Below are positions 17,503 to 27,014 of a stretch of DNA of 64,000 nucleotides, piece by piece. Every line of letters starts with the position of its first letter. Positions within the stretch are counted from its first letter, which is position 1. The notes below the pieces were generated by a model. The model did not search any database. It was given only the letters and a program-made list of their open reading frames with translations, and had not been told where the DNA came from. The stretch lies in assembly GCA_965226885.1 (NCBI GenBank), contig CBDDEL010000016.1:108513-172512 (forward strand). The letters run 5' to 3'. The stretch is from Opitutales bacterium (GTDB taxonomy: Bacteria > Verrucomicrobiota > Verrucomicrobiia > Opitutales > UBA2987). The translations under genes and the position numbers were made by a program.

Positions 17503-20010
17503 ATGCATGAGGAATCAAATATTGTCGAACTCGTAATCGGAATCATTTCCCTCTTGTTGATTGCCGCCACTGTGCTGGCCTTAACGAAGCGATTGAAGCT
17601 GCCCTTTTCCGTAATGCTTGTCTTAGTTGGGATGGGTGTGGCCTGGCTTTCCAAATTTAACGAAGGAGCCCAATTATTAATCGAAGAGATGGAAATATCT
17701 CCATCCCTCATCCTTTATGTTTTTCTGCCCACCTTGATCTTCGAATCGGCCTACAATCTGGACGCCCGCCAGTTGCGTCAAAACCTGCGCCCCATTCTTA
17801 CCCTGGCCATACCCGGCCTGCTCCTGTCCAACTGTATCATTGGCCTGTTGGTGGTTTTTGCATCCGAGGTTCCCCTGCCCGCCGCCCTTCTTCTGGGCGC
17901 CATCCTTAGCGCCACCGACCCGGTAGCCGTCATCGCCCTCTTTAAAAAACTGGGGGCCCCCTCCCGCTTGACCGTGCTGGTGGAAGGGGAAAGCCTTTTT
18001 AACGACGCCACCTCCATCGTGCTGTCCAAAATCATGATTGCCATCGTTTTGGCCGGTAGCTTTATCACTGCAAATTTGGTTTCCGGCGTAGAAACATTTA
18101 TCGTGGTCTTCTTTGGAGGTCTGGTGGTGGGCTGGTTATTGGGTCTACTCACAGGATACGTGCTCGGAAAAGTGCAATCGGACCACGACATCGAGATTAC
18201 CCTGACCACCATCCTGGCCTATGTTTCCTTTATCTTTGCCGAGGAAATCCTCCATGTCAGCGGAGTGATGGCCACGGTGGCGGCCGGTCTTACCCTGGGC
18301 GGCTGGGGACGCATCCGGATTTCCCCTTCGGTCCGCAGCTACCTCGACCATTATTGGGAGTACCTGGTTTTCGTGGCCACCGCCCTGATTTTCCTCATGG
18401 TTGGCTTAAAGGTTGAATTTATGGCCATGTGGGAACATGTGGATATGTTGGCCGTGGTCATTCTGGCCATGCTGTTTTCTCGTGCCGTCGTAATTTACGG
18501 GCTGATGCCCCTGCTGAGCCGCATTCCTGGTTCGGAACCAGTCAGCAAAGGCTATCAAACGGTTATGTATTGGGGCGGTTTGCGCGGGGCCATTGCACTG
18601 GCCATCGTACTCAGTCTTCCGGCATTCGAGGAGAGGGAGATGTTTATCGTGCTGGTCATGGGGGCGGTCATTTTCACCCTCTTGGCCCAAGGCCTGTCCA
18701 TGGACATGCTGGTCAAAAAACTGGGTTTGGACCGCCCTCCCCTGGCTGACCGTCTGGCCCTCCTGGAAGGCAAATTAGCCGGTCAGAGAATGGCTTTGCG
18801 CAGAATCCCCGAGTTGCGAGAGGGCGGCCTTTACTCAAGACCCATCGCCGAAAAATTGCAGCAGATATGTGAGGACGAAATCAATGAAGTGAAGAATGCC
18901 CTGGAAAATCTGCGCAACAGCGAACTCGATCAAAATCAGGAATCAATCCTCCTTTACCTGCGAACATTTGCGGAGGAACGAGCGCTCTATTCAGATATGT
19001 TCAATAAAGGCCATTTGAGCGAAAGCGCCCTGCGGCAGCTTTTATCAATGCTTGTTCTGCATATTGACGCCGTGCGCTCGTCCGGGACTTACCAACCGAT
19101 TGAGTCCCACAGCTTGCGCGGCAGGCGGCTACAAATATCCCTTTTCCGGTTTCTGCAAAAAATACCCGGACTTTCGACCGAGGTGGAAGGCCTCCGCCTG
19201 GCCTCTATTTCTCAGGCCTATGAACTGGCCTGGGGCCACTACCAAGGGAGCACTCGAGTCCTCGAATACCTGCAGGAACATGCCCATAGGGAAGTGACCT
19301 CCTCCGTGGTGCTGCGGGATGTGCGTTCCCAATACTTAAAAAAACGTGAAGCCGCCCGCCAGGAAATCGATGAAGTGGCCGAGCAATTTCCGGAATTCGT
19401 CCACACCATGCAGGAAAGGCTGGGCCGCAGGATGATCTTGCTGAGCGAGGAGGAGACAGTCGAAGAACACGAGAATCGCGGCCTTATTTCCGCATCCGTA
19501 GCAGAGCAAATGAAAGAACACATAACCCACAGAATGTGGGAACTTCGCGGTCAGGAAGTGGACACCTTGAGGGTTGGACCGGAGGAATTGCTGCGCAAAG
19601 TGCCCTTTTTCAAGGACATACCAGAGAAGGAATTCGAAGCTATTGCGAAGCGAATGCAATCCCGATCCATTGGGGGAAAAGAAAATATTATTCGCCAGGG
19701 CGAAACCGGCGCGGCCCTCTTTTTAATCGCTCGCGGAGTGGTTCGAGTTTCCAGGGAAGACAAGGGAGAATCTCGCGATTTGGGCACCCTTATGGCGGGA
19801 GATTTTTTCGGGGAAATGGCCCTGCTCCACGCAGAACCCCGCACCGCCACAGTACGCACGGTCACTCCATGCGCTCTCTACGAACTCCACCGCAACGACC
19901 TTAACGCAACCATCGAATCCCACCCTTCCATCCGCCAGGCGCTGGAAGAAAGCGACCGGCAAAGAAAAGCCGCACAGACGCAACCCGGATTTCCCGCAAA
20001 ACCTTCGTGA
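17503..20010 (+). CDS. CPA1 (NhaP-type) Na+/H+ exchanger fused to C-terminal cyclic-nucleotide-binding domain
   Basis: 835 aa; GAILSATDPVAVIALFKKLG in polytopic N-half; GDFFGEMALLHAEPRTATVRT in C-terminal cNMP domain. Confidence 0.88.
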   Translation: MHEESNIVELVIGIISLLLIAATVLALTKRLKLPFSVMLVLVGMGVAWLSKFNEGAQLLIEEMEISPSLILYVFLPTLIFESAYNLDARQLRQNLRPILTLAIPGLLLSNCIIGLLVVFASEVPLPAALLLGAILSATDPVAVIALFKKLGAPSRLTVLVEGESLFNDATSIVLSKIMIAIVLAGSFITANLVSGVETFIVVFFGGLVVGWLLGLLTGYVLGKVQSDHDIEITLTTILAYVSFIFAEEILHVSGVMATVAAGLTLGGWGRIRISPSVRSYLDHYWEYLVFVATALIFLMVGLKVEFMAMWEHVDMLAVVILAMLFSRAVVIYGLMPLLSRIPGSEPVSKGYQTVMYWGGLRGAIALAIVLSLPAFEEREMFIVLVMGAVIFTLLAQGLSMDMLVKKLGLDRPPLADRLALLEGKLAGQRMALRRIPELREGGLYSRPIAEKLQQICEDEINEVKNALENLRNSELDQNQESILLYLRTFAEERALYSDMFNKGHLSESALRQLLSMLVLHIDAVRSSGTYQPIESHSLRGRRLQISLFRFLQKIPGLSTEVEGLRLASISQAYELAWGHYQGSTRVLEYLQEHAHREVTSSVVLRDVRSQYLKKREAARQEIDEVAEQFPEFVHTMQERLGRRMILLSEEETVEEHENRGLISASVAEQMKEHITHRMWELRGQEVDTLRVGPEELLRKVPFFKDIPEKEFEAIAKRMQSRSIGGKENIIRQGETGAALFLIARGVVRVSREDKGESRDLGTLMAGDFFGEMALLHAEPRTATVRTVTPCALYELHRNDLNATIESHPSIRQALEESDRQRKAAQTQPGFPAKPS

Positions 20011-20687
20011 TACGGACCGTAGAACCGGAAATCCTTGACACTTTGGCCGAAGACGATCCGGCGGCTTTAAGAAACCGCAAGGATATTACCCATTTTAACA
20101 TCTTGATGGGCAATTTTCATTGGTTTCGCCAAACCATGCAAAAACATCTTCAGGCCGAAGACAAGATTCTGGAAATCGGTGCCGGCGGGGGCGAGACGGG
20201 TTCTTATCTGGCAAAGCGGCTGAATCACGATTTCCCCCTAAAAATTGACGGTCTCGATTTGTGGAGCCGTCCGCTAAACTGGCCGCAAGGCTGGAACTGG
20301 CATCAGGCGGACTTGACCAATTTCGAAAATTACTCCCCCTACTCGTTTATAACGGCCAGCATGATTTTGCATCAATTCGAGGAATCCGATTTGCGCCGGT
20401 TAGGGGAAAAAATACGCCGCCATGCCCGCTTGATTCTGGCCAGTGAACCTGCCCGCAGTCGAGCCAGCCTGTTTCTGCTTAACCTCGGCAAACCCATTTT
20501 AAGGTATAACCGGGTTACCGAACACGATGCCCGTATCAGCATTCAGGCCGGTTTTCGCGATGACGAACTGCCCTGCATGCTGGGCCTGCCGCCGGAGGAA
20601 TGGGATTGGACCTGCCGAACCGGTCTGCGGGGACAATACCGCATGATCGCCATCCGCAAAGAGAGAATCTCTGAACCACCGGCATGA
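20007..20687 (+). CDS. class I SAM-dependent methyltransferase
   Basis: KILEIGAGGGETGSYL motif I; GTG start overlaps upstream stop (GTGA). Confidence 0.7.
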   Translation: MIRTVEPEILDTLAEDDPAALRNRKDITHFNILMGNFHWFRQTMQKHLQAEDKILEIGAGGGETGSYLAKRLNHDFPLKIDGLDLWSRPLNWPQGWNWHQADLTNFENYSPYSFITASMILHQFEESDLRRLGEKIRRHARLILASEPARSRASLFLLNLGKPILRYNRVTEHDARISIQAGFRDDELPCMLGLPPEEWDWTCRTGLRGQYRMIAIRKERISEPPA

Positions 20688-21700
20688 AGACCATTAGCAT
20701 TGTGGGAGGCGGACTGGCGGGCCTTTCCCTCGGCATTGCCCTTCGCAAGCGCTCGGTGCCCGTTTCCCTTTTTGAGGCCGGCGAATTTCCCCGCCATAAA
20801 GTTTGCGGAGAATTCATGGCCGGGGTAACCGGCAATACCCTGGAAGAATTGGGCATCGCCGAACACATGGAGGGAGCCGGCAAACTTAAAACCACGGCCT
20901 GGTTTTATCGTGACAAGCTTGACCGCAAAGAGGACCTGCCACGACCGGCCATTGCCCTATCTCGTTACACCTTGGATAATCGAATGGCGCATAAATTTCG
21001 ACAGTTGGGGGGCGATCTGCAAACCGGAAACCGGTTTTCCAGTAAAGACGATGCCCCCGGGCAGGTGTGGGCTACGGGTAGAAAAAAAGGGAAACCTCTC
21101 TGGTTGGGGTTAAAAATTCACAGCCTCGACTTTCCCCTCCAGAGCGACCTCGAATTGCACCTCGGCAACTACGCCTATGCCGGCGCTTCGCCCGTCGAAA
21201 ATGGGCGCGTAAACGTCTGCGGCCTGTTCCGGCGTCGGCCGGAAATAAAAGGTGAAAAAAAGAACCTCCTTCAGCTCTACCTCAAAGCTTGCGGCATGAA
21301 TTCGCTGGCAGACCGTCTGGCCCGCACCCGCACCGACCCGCAAAGCGCCTGCGCCGTGGCGGGAATCGATTTCGCTCCGGCAGAACGCTCGAACAAACGC
21401 CTCTACCTCGGAGACCGCTATGGAATGATTCCTCCATTTACGGGAAACGGCATGTCCATGGCCATCGAGTCCGCCGCCCTGGCCGTCGATCCTCTGACCG
21501 ATTTTGCCTCTGGAAAAGAATGCTGGACGGTTGCCGTGAAAAACATCAATTTGCGCCTACGAAAACGATTTCGCGTGCGGCTGTGCCTGTCCCACCTTAT
21601 CCATCCAATGCTTTATCATCCTAAGTGCCAACCCATTCTTGTCATGGCGAACCGGGCCCGGCTCCTGCCATTTCAAACCTTATACAACCACCTGCATTGA
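20684..21700 (+). CDS. FAD-dependent oxidoreductase (geranylgeranyl-reductase/monooxygenase-like)
   Basis: ISIVGGGLAGLSLGIALRK dinucleotide fold; ATGA overlap with methyltransferase. Confidence 0.75.
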   Translation: MKTISIVGGGLAGLSLGIALRKRSVPVSLFEAGEFPRHKVCGEFMAGVTGNTLEELGIAEHMEGAGKLKTTAWFYRDKLDRKEDLPRPAIALSRYTLDNRMAHKFRQLGGDLQTGNRFSSKDDAPGQVWATGRKKGKPLWLGLKIHSLDFPLQSDLELHLGNYAYAGASPVENGRVNVCGLFRRRPEIKGEKKNLLQLYLKACGMNSLADRLARTRTDPQSACAVAGIDFAPAERSNKRLYLGDRYGMIPPFTGNGMSMAIESAALAVDPLTDFASGKECWTVAVKNINLRLRKRFRVRLCLSHLIHPMLYHPKCQPILVMANRARLLPFQTLYNHLH

Positions 21701-21715
21701 TTTGCCCCTAGCTAA

Positions 21716-22744
21716 ATGTATCTTCAATCCATTTCTAACCTAGTTCCCCCGCAGGCGCTGACCCAGGAAACCTGTTGGGATATTTTTAAAAATTCCCCCA
21801 CCGCCAAACGCTTGCAGCCACGATCCGTCAGCCTCGTGCGGAAAATCTTGAAAGGCGACAGCGGCATAGATAAGCGGCATTTCGCCCTCGACGACCTCGA
21901 AAACCTGTTTGAACTCGACGCCGAATCGCTCAATCGATGCTTCGAGCATGAAGCCCCCAAACTGGCCCGCCAGGCACTGGTCAAAGCCCTCCATAAAGCG
22001 GAACTGAAACCACAGGAGATCAACGCCCTTTTCATTTGCACCTGCACCGGTTACATATGCCCCGGCGTGACCAGTTATGTGGCCGAACAGACCGCCATGA
22101 GGCGCAATACCTACTTGCAGGATATCGTCGGCCTGGGCTGTGGGGCGGCCATTCCCACTTTGCGCAGCGCCAGTAATTTTTTAAGCGCTTACCCTGAGGC
22201 CAAGGTGGCGGTCATAGCTGTCGAAATTTGCTCAGCCGCTTTTTATATGGATGACGATCCGGGAGTGCTCATCAGCGCCTGTCTTTTCGGGGACGGCGCC
22301 TCAGCCTCCATCTGGTCGAACGACAGGGACAAAACCGGATTGCATTGCAATAATTTCGACCTGATCCACCTGCCGGAAGACCGGGACCTTCTGCGATTTG
22401 TCAATCGCCTGGGAAAACTTTGCAATAAGCTCCACAAAACCGTCCCCCAAAAGGCGGCCCAGGCAGTCAATGCTCTTTACGGCAAATTGAACGGCACGGA
22501 AATCAGCCAGGTCATCAGCCATGCCGGAGGCAGAGACGTTTTAGAAGCCATTCAGAATATAATCCCTGAATTCAAGTTGAAGGAAAGCGCAAAAATTTTA
22601 AGACAATTCGGTAATATGAGCAGCCCATCCGTTCTGTTCGCCCTGGATGAATTCTTAACCAACAACACGGTGAAAAAAAACCTTTGGTTGACCTCTTTCG
22701 GGGCCGGATTTTCCTGCCATTCCTGCCTCGTTTCTCCCCCTTGA
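21716..22744 (+). CDS. type III polyketide synthase (chalcone/stilbene synthase family)
   Basis: Cys context ICTCTGYICPG, His context SHAGGRDVL, Asn context FGNMSSPSV; 342 aa. Confidence 0.85.
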   Translation: MYLQSISNLVPPQALTQETCWDIFKNSPTAKRLQPRSVSLVRKILKGDSGIDKRHFALDDLENLFELDAESLNRCFEHEAPKLARQALVKALHKAELKPQEINALFICTCTGYICPGVTSYVAEQTAMRRNTYLQDIVGLGCGAAIPTLRSASNFLSAYPEAKVAVIAVEICSAAFYMDDDPGVLISACLFGDGASASIWSNDRDKTGLHCNNFDLIHLPEDRDLLRFVNRLGKLCNKLHKTVPQKAAQAVNALYGKLNGTEISQVISHAGGRDVLEAIQNIIPEFKLKESAKILRQFGNMSSPSVLFALDEFLTNNTVKKNLWLTSFGAGFSCHSCLVSPP

Positions 22745-22753
22745 TTCCTCAGA

Positions 22754-23397
22754 ATGGCAAACGCCGGAAATGAAAGCCATCACAAGCCGGGAGATGAAAA
22801 CGGTCCATGGCGGCTTCGGCTGGACTATAATTCTCCGGTCATCCTGACCTTTACGCTACTCTGTGGATTGATTTTTATATTAGATCGCTCTTCCAGTGGA
22901 TGGTTCAGCCTCAACCTGTTTTCCATTTCTCCCGGCTTTACATTAACGGAATACGTTCATTATCCGAAATTAGTGGGTCATGTTTTCGGACACGCCAGCG
23001 CCCAGCATTTGACCCTCAACCTTTCCATCATCCTGCTGGTCGGCCCCATACTGGAAGAAAAATACGGCCCTTGGCCGTTGCTGACCATGATTGCCATTAC
23101 GGCGCTACGGCGCTGGCCACCGGTTTGCTTCATGTGCTCTTTTTTTCCTACGGTCTGCTCGGCGCCAGTGGGATCGCATTTATGCTCATTTTGCTGAGTT
23201 CTTTTGCCAATGCCAAAGCCGGAACCATTCCCCTCACCTTCGTCCTCATCCTGATTCTTTATCTCGGAAATGAATTTTTAAGCTCCGCAAACGAAGACAA
23301 CATTTCTCATTTCGCCCATATCCTGGGTGGAATTTGCGGGAGCCTTTTCGGTTTTTTCAAATCGTGGAATCTTCCACCGCGACGTATGGAAGATTGA
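22754..23397 (+). pseudogene. rhomboid-family intramembrane serine protease, frameshifted by 8-bp tandem duplication
   Basis: HVFGHASAQHLTLNLS in frame 2, GASGIAFM and SHFAHILGGICG in frame 1; TACGGCGC duplicated at 23098-23113. Confidence 0.85.
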
Positions 23398-24067
23398 CTT
23401 TTCCATTCCGCATTTCTTCCACCAAAACTGACAAGGACTCAAAGATTCCATGGGCCATGCGCTCGATTTCCGGGGTCGGCACGATCAGGTCGGGTATCAT
23501 GAAAACAGTCATCCCGGCGGCAATAGCGGCACGCACACCCATTTCGGAATCCTCCAGAACGAGGCATTTTTCAGGCTCGGTCTGCAATAATTCAGCCACT
23601 CGCAGAAAAATATCCGGCGCTGGTTTGCCATTTTCCACTTCATCACCCGCAACGACAAACTCAAACCTCTCCGCCAAACCCGTCGAATCCAGCTTATGCT
23701 CAGCCAGTGTTCTGCGCGTGGAGGTGCCCACCCCACTGGGAATTCCCTCCACTTCCAGGTAGTCCAGCATCTCGAAAACCCCCGGTTTAACCGGCGCTGG
23801 TTTTTCCCGAAGCATTTCACAATAGTGAATATTGGCACGTTCAAGAAATAAATCGATGGGAAAAGTTTCCTCCAACTTAGCCCGAAACAAGGTTTTAATA
23901 CCTTTAGAATTACGACCGATAGCCTGCAAAGAGAGAGATGGCGGGATGGCAAAGCCAAGCTCCCTGCCCGCTATCTGCCAAGCCAACTGGCTGATCGGCT
24001 CGGTATCGAGCATCAAGCCATCCATGTCGAAAATAACCGCTTCAATAGAATTTTTCATCTTCCCCAC
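23357..24067 (-). CDS. HAD-superfamily hydrolase (beta-phosphoglucomutase-like phosphatase)
   Basis: AVIFDMDGLMLDTE motif I; 236 aa. Confidence 0.85.
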   Translation of the reverse strand: MGKMKNSIEAVIFDMDGLMLDTEPISQLAWQIAGRELGFAIPPSLSLQAIGRNSKGIKTLFRAKLEETFPIDLFLERANIHYCEMLREKPAPVKPGVFEMLDYLEVEGIPSGVGTSTRRTLAEHKLDSTGLAERFEFVVAGDEVENGKPAPDIFLRVAELLQTEPEKCLVLEDSEMGVRAAIAAGMTVFMIPDLIVPTPEIERMAHGIFESLSVLVEEMRNGKVNLPYVAVEDSTI

Positions 24068-24107
24068 TGCTTATGGAGAACCAAAGTTTAACTGTCAAAG
24101 CGTCAAA

Positions 24108-24662
24108 TTATTCCGAAATCTCTTTTTCGGCGTATTCTGCCGCTGTCATCATGTAGGAGGAATGTTGGAGGCCGGTGGGCGCATAAAATTCATCATGGGT
24201 GTAGCGGAATCCAAGTTTTTTGAGCAAATGGGCGGAAGCTTCATTTTTGGGATGATGGCCCGCGAACAGGCTGTTTACTATCACCGTTTTAAAAGCATGG
24301 TCCATAACGGCTCGGGCTGCTTCGAAAGCATAACCTTTCCGCCAAAACCGGGGGCGGACTTGAAAACCAATTTCGTAAATTCCCTTGGGCAGGTCGTAAG
24401 GCCTCAGCCCGCAGCAGCCGGCATGTTCATCATCGCAAAGAATAAAAATGGGCCAGTACTGGACCCCGCAAAACTCCGCATTGGCCACTTCCCGCCGAAT
24501 CCTGTCCCTGGCCTGCTGCCGGGTGAGCAATCCATGCGCGTCGATCAATCGCGTAACTGCCCGATCCCCCCAAAGTCCGAAGGCCAGATCGAGATCGTCC
24601 AGCGTCCAAAGCCGAAACCCCAGACGCTCTGTGCGAAGGAAATACGAGGGCTTGTGCGACAT
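24108..24662 (-). CDS. GNAT-family N-acetyltransferase (RimJ/RimL-like)
   Basis: LRTERLGFRLWTLDD N-terminus and acetyltransferase-like core; 184 aa. Confidence 0.7.
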   Translation of the reverse strand: MSHKPSYFLRTERLGFRLWTLDDLDLAFGLWGDRAVTRLIDAHGLLTRQQARDRIRREVANAEFCGVQYWPIFILCDDEHAGCCGLRPYDLPKGIYEIGFQVRPRFWRKGYAFEAARAVMDHAFKTVIVNSLFAGHHPKNEASAHLLKKLGFRYTHDEFYAPTGLQHSSYMMTAAEYAEKEISE

Positions 24663-24686
24663 GGCATAAGAAATATACTAATATAA

Positions 24687-24776
24687 TGGCGGAAGGGGAG
24701 GGATTCGAACCCCCGGTACCCTTTCGGGCACTCTGGTTTTCAAGACCAGCGCATTCGACCACTCTGCCACCCTTCC
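24687..24776 (-). tRNA. tRNA-Ser (anticodon UGA)
   Basis: Minus-strand GGAAGGGTGGCAGAGTGGTCGAATGCGCTGGTCTTGAAAACCAGAGTGCCCGAAAGGGTACCGGGGGTTCGAATCCCTCCCCTTCCGCCA; loop CTTGAAA, long variable arm, encoded CCA. Confidence 0.9.
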
Positions 24777-24960
24777 CTGCGGGTCTGGAAATATTCGATT
24801 GCCGTTTAAAAAAGCAGACGGCCTTGTTTCGGCTTGGTTATATGATTCCACTTTTTACAAGTTTACGAGGCTAAAATAGACGGTTTGCATGGCCGGTTTT
24901 TCTTCTCGACCTACCGCAATCGGTTACTTTAGATAGTCCTCAATAGCATGGGTAGTGGCA

Positions 24961-24982
24961 ATTAGGAGCTCATTAGGAGCTC
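24961..24982 (+). repeat. 11-bp tandem duplication ATTAGGAGCTC x2 abutting the histidine kinase ATG
   Basis: Two perfect units, each containing an AGGAG Shine-Dalgarno-like core. Confidence 0.9.
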
Positions 24983-26128
24983 ATGTTTCTGGATGAATCC
25001 TATCGCAGAATATTGGGAATTATGGAAATATCAGAACATCCGTTTTTCGATCGTGTTGACAAAGAACAGGTTGATGCACTGGTTACGGCCGCTAAAATCG
25101 AGCATTATCAGCCCGACACGATAATATTCGAGCAAGGCAGTCCCTCCGAAGGACTGGACTTGGTGTTGGAGGGAGAAGTTGCCTTTTGCAAGTTGATGGA
25201 CGACGGTAAATCCCGCGTCGTCGGGTATTCCAAAGCGGGCACATTTTTTGGCGAAATCGGCCTCTTTACAGAACAGCCGCGGGCCTTACGGGCCGAATCC
25301 AGGGGCAATGTCGTGATTGCCAACATTCCCCGCAATGCCCTTTTGGGGTTTTTCAAACGAACTGAAGGTCCCTTCGACAGTATCCTGCAAAGCATTATCA
25401 ACCATCTCAACGAAACCACCCGCCACTATATGGAAGACATGCTCCAGCAGGAAAAACTCTCCATGGTGGGCACCATGATGAACACTATCATTCACGATTT
25501 CAAAAACCCCTTTTGCCTCATCAGCCTGGGCGCTCAATTGATGGCCCAAATGCACCCCGACGAACGTTCGCAAAAATTGTGCCGCAATATCGACGACCAA
25601 ATCACACGCATGGTCGAAATGGCGGAGGAATTGAACGCTTTCTCCCGCGGCGATCAAAACCTGCAATTAGCGCCCATCTACCTGAATCGAATGATCGAAC
25701 GTTTCAAGGAGCTGAATTTTCCCTATTTTCAGAACGAAAAAATAACGGTCGAAATTTCACTCCCCGACATCGTAATCGAAGGGGAGGAAAACAAGCTGCT
25801 GCGGATTTTGCAAAACCTGGTCGGCAACGCCATTGACGCCTTTGGCGAGGATTCCGGTAAAATCACCATCACCGGGAAAGTCAAAGACGATGACTTTTTG
25901 CATTTGGAAATTGCCGATAACGGCAACGGCATTCCCGAGAAGATTCAAGCCCGCTTCTTCGAGCCCTTCGTAACCTATGGCAAAAGCAAAGGCACCGGCC
26001 TCGGCACCGCCATCGTCAGGTCGGTGGTGACGGCCCACGGCGGGTCCATACACTTCGAAACCGAATCCGGCCAAGGCACCACCTTCTTCATCACCCTGCC
26101 CCCAAAACAAACGGTTGCCGCCTCCTGA
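24983..26128 (+). CDS. sensor histidine kinase with N-terminal cyclic-nucleotide-binding domain
   Basis: cNMP domain (FFGEIGLFTEQPRALRAES), H-box IIHDFKNPF, ATPase DNGNGIPEKIQARFFEPFVTYGKSKGTGLGTAIV. Confidence 0.88.
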   Translation: MFLDESYRRILGIMEISEHPFFDRVDKEQVDALVTAAKIEHYQPDTIIFEQGSPSEGLDLVLEGEVAFCKLMDDGKSRVVGYSKAGTFFGEIGLFTEQPRALRAESRGNVVIANIPRNALLGFFKRTEGPFDSILQSIINHLNETTRHYMEDMLQQEKLSMVGTMMNTIIHDFKNPFCLISLGAQLMAQMHPDERSQKLCRNIDDQITRMVEMAEELNAFSRGDQNLQLAPIYLNRMIERFKELNFPYFQNEKITVEISLPDIVIEGEENKLLRILQNLVGNAIDAFGEDSGKITITGKVKDDDFLHLEIADNGNGIPEKIQARFFEPFVTYGKSKGTGLGTAIVRSVVTAHGGSIHFETESGQGTTFFITLPPKQTVAAS

Positions 26129-26995
26129 GTGGGACTTGTTTTAAAAAGGGCAATGGATAACCCTATATTGATGAGAACAGGCCAACTTATTGGAATATTA
26201 TTTTATACTGGCCTCATTGCGTTATTATTGAACTGCGCCCGTGGGGCGGAATTGGATCCTTTTTTGAAGCGTTTGGAGGATTCTCCGAGGCATCATGAGT
26301 GGGTTTCATTGGAGGGGGCTGAGGGTAAGCTTTCCGCTTTTGTGGTTTATCCCGAAGTGAGCGGCAAGGCGCCCGCCGTTCTCGTTATCCATGAGAACCG
26401 CGGATTGAACGATTGGGTGCGGAGTGTGGCCGACAAACTGGCCGAAAACGGCTACATCGCCATTGCTCCCGATCTTCTTTCGGGCAAAGGCCCCGGTGGT
26501 GGCAAGACGGCAGATTTCGCCAGTAGCGACGATGCCCGCAACGCGATTTACAAGCTGGATGCCAATGCCGTTACAATAAACCTTCAGGCTGCCGCCAATT
26601 ATGTAAAAGCCCTGCCCTCTTGCAATGGCAAGCTGGCAGTGGGCGGTTTTTGCTGGGGCGGTTCGCAAACCTTCCGTTTCGCTACCGATTACAAGAACCT
26701 TTCAGCGGCCTGTGTTTTTTACGGAACGGGACCAAATGAAGGCTTTAGTAATATCGATTGCCCTGTTTACGGTTTTTACGGAGGCAACGACAACCGCGTC
26801 AACGCCACCATCGAAGGTTCCCAACAAGCCATGAAAAAGGCGGGCAAGGAATACCAGCCGGTTATTTACGAGGGCGCCCAGCATGCTTTCATGCGCCGGG
26901 GTGAATTGGCCACGGATGAGGAAGATGCCAACAGAAAAGCCCAATCCGAAGCATGGAAACGCTGGCTGGCCATATTAAGACCTTTTAAGGAATAA
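26129..26995 (+). CDS. dienelactone hydrolase family protein
   Basis: VLVIHENRGLNDWVRSVADKLAENGYIAIAPDL, GGFCWGGSQ; start may be the internal Met at 26153. Confidence 0.8.
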   Translation: MGLVLKRAMDNPILMRTGQLIGILFYTGLIALLLNCARGAELDPFLKRLEDSPRHHEWVSLEGAEGKLSAFVVYPEVSGKAPAVLVIHENRGLNDWVRSVADKLAENGYIAIAPDLLSGKGPGGGKTADFASSDDARNAIYKLDANAVTINLQAAANYVKALPSCNGKLAVGGFCWGGSQTFRFATDYKNLSAACVFYGTGPNEGFSNIDCPVYGFYGGNDNRVNATIEGSQQAMKKAGKEYQPVIYEGAQHAFMRRGELATDEEDANRKAQSEAWKRWLAILRPFKE

Positions 26996-27014
26996 CGATC
27001 GAAAGTCAGCTATT

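Noticed and set aside
24687-24776. tRNA-Ser as an integration site for a genomic island (GNAT/HAD side)
   Set aside because: No second copy of the tRNA 3' segment and no integrase were seen anywhere in the window.
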